A DNA stretch of 64,000 nucleotides, taken from positions 2,446 to 66,445 of the forward strand of contig JAHBSG010000003.1 of the NCBI GenBank assembly GCA_019639235.1, given 5' to 3'. The stretch is from Acidobacteriota bacterium. Lineage in GTDB: Bacteria > Acidobacteriota > Blastocatellia > Pyrinomonadales > Pyrinomonadaceae. The position numbers and the translations under genes are program-made. A model generated the notes under the pieces. It ran no database searches and was not told the origin of the DNA. It saw only the letters and a program-made list of their open reading frames with translations. This document shows positions 29,611-37,308 of the stretch, in pieces. Position 1 is the first letter of the stretch. Each line of letters starts with the position of its first letter.

Positions 29611-32421
29611 ATGAACGACCGCGAGATACAAATATTTCTTGATGAGGCCGAGATAATTCTCCACGGCATTCGCGGCGGCATCCTCCTTTTCGCTCAGTCT
29701 CCGGCAGACGTGTCTGCCCTCGATGTGCCTTTACGCCGCATCAATGAACTCCGGCACCGCTCCGAACCGCTCGGCCGCCGCGAAGTTGCCGATGCTTGTG
29801 CGAAGGTGAGCGGCAGCCTGACCAGTCTTATCGAAGCGAGCCGCAATGGCCGCGATATCCAGGGAGCCCTCCGCGGAGCTCTCGACGCGGTCGCCGATGT
29901 CGAACTCGCTTTTGCCGGAATTCGGCTTGCGGCCGATGGCCCCGAGCCCGATTTCGATTTTTTGGTCGATACGACCTTCAACCCCAAGTCGCCCGCCGCG
30001 GCAACTGTGCAACCGCCTAGCGGGGCTCCTTCGGTCGAGGACGATTTTTCGCAGTTTGAGATCGACGCAGAACTTCTTGAGGTCTTTGCCGAAGAGGCCG
30101 CTGATCTGCTCTCGAACATTTCCGGAAGCCTCGACGAGTTGAAGGCGAATCCGGACAACAAGGACGCTCTCTGGGAGATCCGGCGCAACGCCCATACATT
30201 CAAGGGCTCGGCAGGGATCGTCGGGCTTAAGCAGCTCAGCGAGTTCGCTCACCGCATCGAGGACCTCCTCGATAAGCTGGCCGAATCCGGCGGAAAGCCG
30301 CGCTCTGGCCTGATCCCGCTTCTCATCGAATCGAACACCTGCCTTCAGGCGATGGTCTCCGGCGAACGCCGCGAGGAAACGGCCGTACTTTCGCAAAAGC
30401 TTTCGGCTGATTTCGATGCGATGCTCGCCGCCATCGAGAACAACGAACCGGACGTCGTCGAGACACCGGCACCGGCCGTCGCCGCCGGGCGAAGAACACC
30501 GATCGAACTCCCGACGCACAAGCTCGCCGAGCCGGTTCCGGTCTATGCCGCACAGCCCGAGGCCGAGAACCCGAGCCGCAATCGCTCGATCGTCCGCGTT
30601 TCGCTCGACAAGCTCGACGAACTCGTCGGCATCGTCCGCGACATGGTCATCAACCGCTCGGCCGTCGAGCAGCGGCTTCTCGAGCTTGACCGCCAGATCG
30701 ACGACCTGCAGAATGCGACCCGCCGCCTGCAGGCGATGAACGGTAAGCTTGAGGTCGACTTCGAAGCCTCGCTGCTCGGTGCAGGGCTTGGCTCGCGGGT
30801 CTCTGCCGACCGCAGTGCGGTTTCCGGAACGCGAAACGGGCTTGGCGATTTCGACGAGCTCGAATACGACCGTTACACAGAGTTTCACCAGGCGATCCGT
30901 GAACTCAGCGAGACCTCGAACGACACCTTCTCGATCAACACCGCACTCGAACAGCTCAAAGGCGACCTCGATGTCCTTTTTGAATCGCAACGTCGGCTGA
31001 TCGATGGCGTTCAGGAACGCGTAATGCGCATCCGCCTGGTCGAGTTCGGCGCATTGCGGACGCGGCTCGAACGTGCCGTCCGCGTTACCTGCGATGAGGA
31101 AGGCAAACGTGCCGAGATCGTTCTCGAAAATCCGCATCTTGAGATCGACACCAAGATCCTCGATTCGCTCATTGAGCCGATGCTCCATCTGCTCAAGAAT
31201 GCCGTCGTTCACGGCATCGAGTTTCCCGAGCTTCGCCGCCTGCTCGGCAAGCCAGAGGCCGGCCGCATAACGGTCAAGCTTGCTCTTGATGAGACACACG
31301 TCGTGCTCACCGTCGCCGATGACGGCGGCGGCATCTCGACCGGTGCGCTAAGGGAAAAGGCGGTCATCGATGGGCTCATGAGCCGCGAACAGGCCGACCG
31401 AATTTCCGACGAAGAGGCTCAGATGCTCATCTTCCGCCCGGGCCTGACGACCTCGCAAAAGCTCAATCTAAATGCCGGACGCGGCGTCGGGATGAGCATC
31501 GTCAAAGAGAGCGTCGAATCGAAGAAAGGCACCATCTCGATGCGGTCAACGCCGCACGCCGGAACTGTTTTCACCATCCGGATGCTGCTTCCGCTGGCGG
31601 TCACCGAGGCACTCATCGTCACCTCGGGCCCCGACGTCTTTGCCGTCCCGCTCAATGCCATCCAGCATATTGTTGAGGTCGAAAAGGACCTCGGGCTCGC
31701 CGCCGAAGGCGAGGGCTCCATCGAGCACGCCGGCAATCGCTTCAAGCCATATTCGCTCGCACACCTTACCGGACTTCCGAACCGCGAAGCACTTGCCAAG
31801 TCGGCAAACGCATTGCTCGTCGAGTGCGGCGATGAACACTTCGCTGTCACGGTCGACTCGGTCGTCCGTACCGAGGAACTGGTCGTCAAACCGCTTGGCC
31901 GCCCGCTCGATCGGATGCCCGGCCTTCTCGGTGTCTCGACCCTCGCAAGCGGCGACGCGATCACAATTCTCGACCTCGATAACCTTCTCCGCGACCGCCC
32001 GGCCGGCAATGAACCCATCGCCGAGCCGCCGCCGGTCGAAAAGCAGCTCGCCGTTCTGATCGTTGACGACAGCCCGAGCGTCCGCCTGCTGACCTCTAAG
32101 GTCGTAAAGAACGCCGGCTGGCTCGCCCTGACCGCAAAGGACGGCCTCGACGCACTCGAATCGCTCCGCGAACTCGAAGACCTGCCTTCCGTCATCCTCA
32201 GCGATATCGAGATGCCGCGTATGGGTGGTTATGACATGATCGCCGCACTCAAGGCCGACGAACGCCTCCGGCACATTCCGGTCATCGTCATCACCTCGCG
32301 CGCCGGCGACAAGCACCGCGCCAAGGCCGAGGAACAAGGCGTCGCCGACTACCTCGTCAAACCCTACAGCGAGTGGGAGCTCATCCAAAAGATCCAAACC
32401 CTAGCCGCAAAAGATAAGTAG
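29611..32421 (+). CDS. cheA: Hybrid CheA/ChpA-like histidine kinase (Hpt, dimerisation, HATPase, CheW-like, C-terminal receiver)
   Basis: Hpt 'EIRRNAHTFKGSAGIVGL', N-box 'LLKNAVVHGIE', G-boxes 'DDGGGIS' and 'GRGVGMSIV', CheW-like 'VFAVPLNAIQHIVE', REC 'VLIVDDSPSVR...ILSDIEMPRMGG...KPY'. Confidence 0.9.
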   Translation: MNDREIQIFLDEAEIILHGIRGGILLFAQSPADVSALDVPLRRINELRHRSEPLGRREVADACAKVSGSLTSLIEASRNGRDIQGALRGALDAVADVELAFAGIRLAADGPEPDFDFLVDTTFNPKSPAAATVQPPSGAPSVEDDFSQFEIDAELLEVFAEEAADLLSNISGSLDELKANPDNKDALWEIRRNAHTFKGSAGIVGLKQLSEFAHRIEDLLDKLAESGGKPRSGLIPLLIESNTCLQAMVSGERREETAVLSQKLSADFDAMLAAIENNEPDVVETPAPAVAAGRRTPIELPTHKLAEPVPVYAAQPEAENPSRNRSIVRVSLDKLDELVGIVRDMVINRSAVEQRLLELDRQIDDLQNATRRLQAMNGKLEVDFEASLLGAGLGSRVSADRSAVSGTRNGLGDFDELEYDRYTEFHQAIRELSETSNDTFSINTALEQLKGDLDVLFESQRRLIDGVQERVMRIRLVEFGALRTRLERAVRVTCDEEGKRAEIVLENPHLEIDTKILDSLIEPMLHLLKNAVVHGIEFPELRRLLGKPEAGRITVKLALDETHVVLTVADDGGGISTGALREKAVIDGLMSREQADRISDEEAQMLIFRPGLTTSQKLNLNAGRGVGMSIVKESVESKKGTISMRSTPHAGTVFTIRMLLPLAVTEALIVTSGPDVFAVPLNAIQHIVEVEKDLGLAAEGEGSIEHAGNRFKPYSLAHLTGLPNREALAKSANALLVECGDEHFAVTVDSVVRTEELVVKPLGRPLDRMPGLLGVSTLASGDAITILDLDNLLRDRPAGNEPIAEPPPVEKQLAVLIVDDSPSVRLLTSKVVKNAGWLALTAKDGLDALESLRELEDLPSVILSDIEMPRMGGYDMIAALKADERLRHIPVIVITSRAGDKHRAKAEEQGVADYLVKPYSEWELIQKIQTLAAKDK

Positions 32422-32748
32422 CAAACTTTTCGCCGCTCGTGTCAGTAGCCCGCCCGTGTCAGAGGCCCGACCGTGAGGGAGGGCTCCATTGCAGAAGCCC
32501 GCACGTCAGTAAGGGCGTTCTTCGAATGATGAATGATGAATGATGAACGATGAATGCAGAAGCCCGCACGTCAGTAAGGGCGGTTCATCCGACTTAGATT
32601 TCGCCCGTCCATCAACCACACAGGCAGAAACCCGACCGGTAAGGAGGGTGCCTCTTAAAGGATGAAGGATGAAGGATGAAGGATGACAACTGAAGGCTGA
32701 AGAATGAATGACGAATGCGGAATTCGCTGCCGAAACTGCCCTCAATGA
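32422..32748. repeat. Mosaic repeat region, left arm: 25-26 nt boxes interleaved with heptamer micro-arrays
   Basis: Boxes at 32460-32484, 32492-32517, 32557-32582 and 32625-32650. 'GAATGAT' x5 at 32524-32558. 7-nt-period array 'GATGAAG...' x9 at 32661-32723. Confidence 0.85.
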
Positions 32749-32970
32749 TTAGGAGGGGTGGCCGCCGCTTCGGCGGACAGAGTGGTAGAACGTTTCGATT
32801 TCCGACTTCAAACGGCCCGCCGGAGTCGTCGAAGACGACGCTGGTGATCTAAACCACGTCGCAAGACGTGGGTCGCGTACCGAGCCACACCCGGAACCGT
32901 CGAAGACGGTGGCATTGGTCGTCGAAATACTTTTAACCACGAAAGAAGAAAAGAAGAAAAGAAGAAAATC
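32749..32970 (-). repeat. Hairpin-rich repeat element, copy A (inverted relative to copy B)
   Basis: Hairpins at 32762-32776, 32825-32839, 32854-32871 and 32896-32910. The reverse complement aligns by eye with 34294-34449 and its terminal module with 35239-35310. Confidence 0.8.
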
Positions 32971-33174
32971 CGGGCCCGACGGCGGAGCCGCTCGCCGTCA
33001 GCGGATCGACGGCAGCGAAGCGGCCGCGTACCTCGTCGCAGTACCTCACCAGTTCTCCAAGACCCGAAAACTCCAGTTTAGATTGGTAACAGTCAGGCGA
33101 GATTTTCATTTACGAATCCAACAATAATTTTCAGTTCGCGTCGAATGATTGCCTCGGAGTCGATGAACACTCTT

Positions 33175-33765
33175 TCACATCGCCGTTTCTCGTTCAGTTG
33201 GACTATAAAACTTGAGAGCAATGATGACCATGCTAAGAAGCAACAAGGCATTGTCAATATGAGCCAACAACTCGATCCTTGGTATTCTTGATAAAGGAAA
33301 CCCAGCACCCGCAATAATCAGCATCACGCCTATCCATGTTGGCACCTTCTTCTTGATCAAGAATAGGACCCCTAGTACCAACCAACTTAACGGAGCGAGT
33401 CCCCCTGGAATAAAAAAGGCGAAAAACGCGGCGGGGCCTGACTTCCCGTTAAACTTGATGGCCGGATCCGAAACAACATTCCTGAAGGCATCATTAAAGA
33501 TCCCGTCAACCCCAAAGTTGTTCCCCGCGAGGCAGCCGTAAACCGCAAGAAAAAAACCCCAAACCGCATACCGTGGATAGTCATCCCGAATTTGTTCAAA
33601 CATTCCTTGGAAGGCAAATATCCAAAACAAAAACGACAATACCTGAAGGGCTCCTGCAGTAGATGTCAACACACCATCGACCCAAAAGAATTGACTTATC
33701 GCTAGCAACGACGGTGCCAGTATCATGGAAACTAACCAAAGCGTTCTCTGTGTTCGCTTGTACAT
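33175..33765 (-). CDS. Hypothetical multi-pass membrane protein in an AT-richer island
   Basis: 196 aa ORF with about 6 hydrophobic segments. Composition is visibly more AT-rich than flanking genes. No family recognised. Confidence 0.5.
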   Translation of the reverse strand: MYKRTQRTLWLVSMILAPSLLAISQFFWVDGVLTSTAGALQVLSFLFWIFAFQGMFEQIRDDYPRYAVWGFFLAVYGCLAGNNFGVDGIFNDAFRNVVSDPAIKFNGKSGPAAFFAFFIPGGLAPLSWLVLGVLFLIKKKVPTWIGVMLIIAGAGFPLSRIPRIELLAHIDNALLLLSMVIIALKFYSPTERETAM

Positions 33766-34293
33766 TTTTTTGAGACTCCGAAATACTAATGTTCGGCCTT
33801 GATCCCGTCACCCGCCTTCAAAGAAAACGTTTAGCGGGCCTTATCCGAATGAATCCAAGGATCCAGCTATCGAAGACTGATAACCAACGCTTGCGAGAAT
33901 CCTCAACATGAGAACCGTCCAACGGACATTGGGCGACAAGCCGTTCCAATCACGACCAATCTGTACGGCTGATGAAGTGCAAGCTGTCTAGTAGCACGCG
34001 ACGTCCTTTAACATTCATCCTTGACGCTGTTAGCAGATTGCTGCGCGTCGTTGTATATGTCAGTCACGGTAGTCGTGTCAAGTGGAACCGACCCGATCTC
34101 CGGGTCAAACGGAATCAGGGTGAGACGGGTTTATTGAACATCTCACCGCTGGGAAACACCGCCAACGGTGCCTGAATAGCCGCGACCGGTCTATGTACTT
34201 CGGTTTTTATTCCGTGTTTTTTTGGTTATGGGTCTGATATCCAAAGCCCACAGAAGACACCGACGAGAGCCACAGACGGTTTGCTTGTTTTCT

Positions 34294-34449
34294 GATTTTC
34301 TTCTCCCGTGGTTTGAAAAATCTCATGGTCTGAATGCCACCGTCTCCGACGGTTCCCGTTCAATAGGAGACGCGACCCACGTCTTCCGACGCGGGCTACT
34401 TTAGTGGCGTCGTCTCCGACGACTCCGACGGGCAGCTAAAGCCGGGACC
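34294..34449 (+). repeat. Hairpin-rich repeat element, copy B
   Basis: Hairpins 34339-34353, 34376-34395 and 34409-34423 have the same stems as copy A ('ACCGTC/GACGGT', 'GTCGTC/GACGAC') but different loops. Confidence 0.8.
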
Positions 34450-35418
34450 AGATGAATGCGGAATTCGGGATAGTGTCAGTGGCCCGAACGTGAGGGAGGG
34501 CACGTTTTAGCGGCGAGGGACGAGTGACGGGTGACGAGGGTCGAATTCGGAATGCGGAATCTGGACCTCACCCCTCCGCAACTCTGTAACTCCGCAACTC
34601 TGCAACTTTCAAAACTTCGCAACTTCGAAACTATCCAAAACTTCCATATCATCCATATCTTCCGCCTCTCACGGATCGCCGTTCACTTTGGCTTGGAGTC
34701 CTAAGAGAATGGACGGCGGAGGTTAGTGAATCGTGAATCGTAAAACGTCAATAGTTCTTCGAGCAGAAACTTTGCGGGGCCTTTGCGGCTTTGCGGAAGG
34801 ACGATCTTAACGCAGAGCCCGCAGAGATCGCAGAGGCCGGAAAGAGGTTGCTGGATATTTGTAGCGATCAGCTCTAAGCCATTAGCCGTAAGCTGTTAGC
34901 CGGAAACCAAAGCCCAAATCTCAAAGTCCATTCTTAACCAATTCCCTATGATCCAATTAACAATTGACAATGCGACGATGCCGATCCCAAATCCCAAATC
35001 CGAAATCCCACATCGCAAATCCCCAGGCCCGGCCGCGTGTTCCATCTTTCCCATGCGTCCCATCTGTTCGCGATGTTTCCAATGTTTCTGATGTTTCCGA
35101 TGTTTCCGTTGTTTCCGCTGTTCGCGGTGTTTCCGCGAACGCCCGATGCCCGAAAAAAACAGAACGCCAAGAAATGCGGAATGCAGTGTCGGAGGCTCGC
35201 GCGTCAGCAAGGGCTCATCTTCGAGTTCGGAACTCTCGCAAGCCGGAACACGAAACCGTCTACCACCCCGTCCGCCGAGGCGGCGTCCACCGCTCCTTAT
35301 CAAGGAGGGGAGCTTTCGGAATTCGGAACCGCCGGCCGAAGCCGGGACTCAGAACTCCGAAACTTGGCAACTTCGCAACTCTGGAAACTATTTTCCGTTT
35401 CGGCTACACTTCGGGTAT
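34450..35418. repeat. Mosaic repeat region, right arm: at least 11 degenerate micro-arrays of period 7, 8 or 9 nt plus box copies
   Basis: Examples: 7-mers 34512-34560, 8-mers 'GCAACTCT' 34578-34633, 7-mers 'GTGAATC' 34726-34753, 9-mers 'CGCAGAGNN' 34811-34837, 7-mers 'CCCAAAT' 34986-35020, 9-mers 'TCCGATGTT' x11 35042-35140, 8-mers 35350-35389. Boxes at 34477-34501 and 35190-35214. Confidence 0.85.
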
Positions 35419-36732
35419 ATGCGAGAGCAATTGAAGCGATTCATTGAGCAGATGGACGAGAACTCGGTGGCGGTCATTCCGGCGGCCCACGAGGTTACGC
35501 GGAGCTACGACACGGAGTTCAAGTTTCAGCAGGACCCCGATTTTTATTATCTGACCGGATTTCCTGAGCCGGACGCGATCGCCGTCATCGACCCGAAGAA
35601 CAAGAAATCGCCCTACACGCTTTACGTTAGGCCGCGTGATCCGCTGATGGAGACGTGGTATGGGCGTCGACAGGGCGTCGAGGGAGCGGTCAAGAATTAC
35701 GGGGCCGACCGGGCCTTCTCGATCGAAAAGTTTGCCGCCGACCTGCCGAAGTTGCTCGATGGGCACGACAAGTTGTATTACCGCTTCTCGGTCGATAAGG
35801 CGCTCGACCAGCAGATCTTGCAGTATCTCTCGGGCCAGCGCGTCCGCCGGTTGAAGACCGCTTACCCGCCGCACACCATCATCGACCCGACCATCATCAC
35901 CGGCGAAATGCGGCTTCACAAAACCTCAGACGAGGTCGAACTGATGCAGATCTCGGCCGACATCGCCGCCGAGGCTCACATCCTGGCGATGAAAAAGGTA
36001 AAGCCGGGAATGAACGAAGGCCAGGTCGAGGCGCTAATGGAAGCCTATATGAAGGACAAAGGCGCAAGCGGCGTTGCGTATAACTCGATCGTAGGCGGCG
36101 GCGACAACGCGACCATCCTTCACTACGTTGAGAACAACATGCCGCTTAAGGACGGCGACCTAATCCTCATCGACGCCGGTGCTCAGTATAAAGGCTATGC
36201 CTCGGACATCACGCGGACCTTCCCGGTCAACGGCAAGTTTACGCCGGCACAGCGGGAGGTTTACGACGTCGTGCTCGACGTTCAGCTAAAGTGCATCGAG
36301 GCGACGAAGACCGGAAACACGGTCAAAAAGCGGCAGGAATATTCCATCGACCTTTTGACCGAAGGAATGGTCAAGCTCGGGCTGCTCAAGGGCAAGACGT
36401 CAGAGCTTGTAAAGAAGAAGGCGTACCTTAAATATTATATGCACGGCGTCGGGCATTACCTCGGGCTTGACGTCCACGACGCGGGCCGCTATTTCAGCGA
36501 CCAGGAGGCAAAACATTCGCGGCCGTTCGCTCCGGGAATGGTGCTGACTGTCGAGCCGGGCATCTACGTCCCGCCGGATGACAAGACCGCTCCGGCAAAA
36601 TACCGCGGCATCGGCATCCGCATCGAGGACGACGTTCTCGTGACCGAAAACGGCAACCGTAACCTCACCGCAAAGGTCACGAAAGACCCGGACGAGATCG
36701 AGGCGATAATGCGGAAGCCCGCACGTAAGTAA
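35419..36732 (+). CDS. pepP: Xaa-Pro aminopeptidase (M24B)
   Basis: 'DFYYLTGF', 'LIDAGAQYKGYASDITRTFPV', 'HGVGHYLGLDVHD' and 'TVEPGIY...GIRIEDDVLVT' metal-ligand motifs. Trimmed to 'MREQLKRFIEQ'; the upstream part of the ORF is translated repeat DNA. Confidence 0.9.
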   Translation: MREQLKRFIEQMDENSVAVIPAAHEVTRSYDTEFKFQQDPDFYYLTGFPEPDAIAVIDPKNKKSPYTLYVRPRDPLMETWYGRRQGVEGAVKNYGADRAFSIEKFAADLPKLLDGHDKLYYRFSVDKALDQQILQYLSGQRVRRLKTAYPPHTIIDPTIITGEMRLHKTSDEVELMQISADIAAEAHILAMKKVKPGMNEGQVEALMEAYMKDKGASGVAYNSIVGGGDNATILHYVENNMPLKDGDLILIDAGAQYKGYASDITRTFPVNGKFTPAQREVYDVVLDVQLKCIEATKTGNTVKKRQEYSIDLLTEGMVKLGLLKGKTSELVKKKAYLKYYMHGVGHYLGLDVHDAGRYFSDQEAKHSRPFAPGMVLTVEPGIYVPPDDKTAPAKYRGIGIRIEDDVLVTENGNRNLTAKVTKDPDEIEAIMRKPARK

Positions 36733-36750
36733 GGGCGTATTTACGCAGGT

Positions 36751-37164
36751 ATGACGAGCATCGACGACATCATCAGAAACCTTCCCGCCATTTTCGCGGC
36801 GCTCTTCGTCGCGATCCTGTTTATTCAATCGGGGCTCGACAAGGTCTTTGATTGGAAGGGAAATCTCGAGTGGCTGACGGGCCATTTCTCAAAGACATTT
36901 CTTGCCAGGATGGTGCCGATGATGCTCGGCACGATAACGTTGATGGAGATCGTTACGGGTCTAGCGGCAGCAACCGGCATCGTATATTTTCTCGTTACGG
37001 GTTCGCTTATCGTCGTCTTCGCCGCAGGCGTGCTCGGGGCCGCGTCGCTTACGGCACTCTTCTTCGGCCAGCGGATCGCCAAGGATTACCCCGGAGCCGC
37101 GGTTCTCGTGCCGTATTTTTTACTCCTGCTGGTACTTATGGTCCTCTCAGCACCGAATCGCTGA
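36751..37164 (+). CDS. DoxX-family membrane protein
   Basis: 137 aa with 4 TM and 'FIQSGLDKVFDW' near the N-terminus. Confidence 0.65.
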   Translation: MTSIDDIIRNLPAIFAALFVAILFIQSGLDKVFDWKGNLEWLTGHFSKTFLARMVPMMLGTITLMEIVTGLAAATGIVYFLVTGSLIVVFAAGVLGAASLTALFFGQRIAKDYPGAAVLVPYFLLLLVLMVLSAPNR

Positions 37165-37308
37165 AATCGTCCGAGTCTCAGGAATTCTGGCGAAAATAGC
37201 TATTTACAACTTCGCATAAGTGGTGTATCATTCGGGACACCTGTGAATTCGGGAGCTCTGCTCCATGGGTTTTTGATTTTCAGGCTGCCCCCAGCCTGAG
37301 GAGTTGTT

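Noticed and set aside
32443-32650. CRISPR-like appearance: 25-26 nt boxes recurring at roughly 30-70 nt intervals after cheA
   Set aside because: Only two copies are identical and the others are degenerate. Spacing is irregular. The 'spacers' are themselves low-complexity heptamer arrays. No cas genes or leader are present. The boxes also occur singly elsewhere (34477, 35190, 36712). It behaves like a dispersed REP-like family, not a CRISPR array.
33766-34293. Searched the AT-rich island for a transposase, integrase or toxin gene remnant
   Set aside because: No ORF above about 67 aa and no recognisable motif on either strand. A 56-codon minus-strand ORF starting at 33108 runs into the repeat element and has no identifiable family. 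Left unannotated.
35146-35418. 5' extension of the pepP ORF to 35146 (528 aa form)
   Set aside because: The extra 91 codons are translated repeat mosaic, including the box and the hairpin-element module. The M24B homology begins at 'MREQLKRFIEQ' (35419).
34896-35447. ORFs on both strands across the 9-mer array (for example 34896-35303 minus, 35037-35447 plus, 'MFPMFLMFPMFPLFPLF')
   Set aside because: The reading frames stay open only because the repeat unit is 9 nt. The peptides are pure repeat translations with no start context. The region continues into 7- and 8-nt arrays that break any frame.
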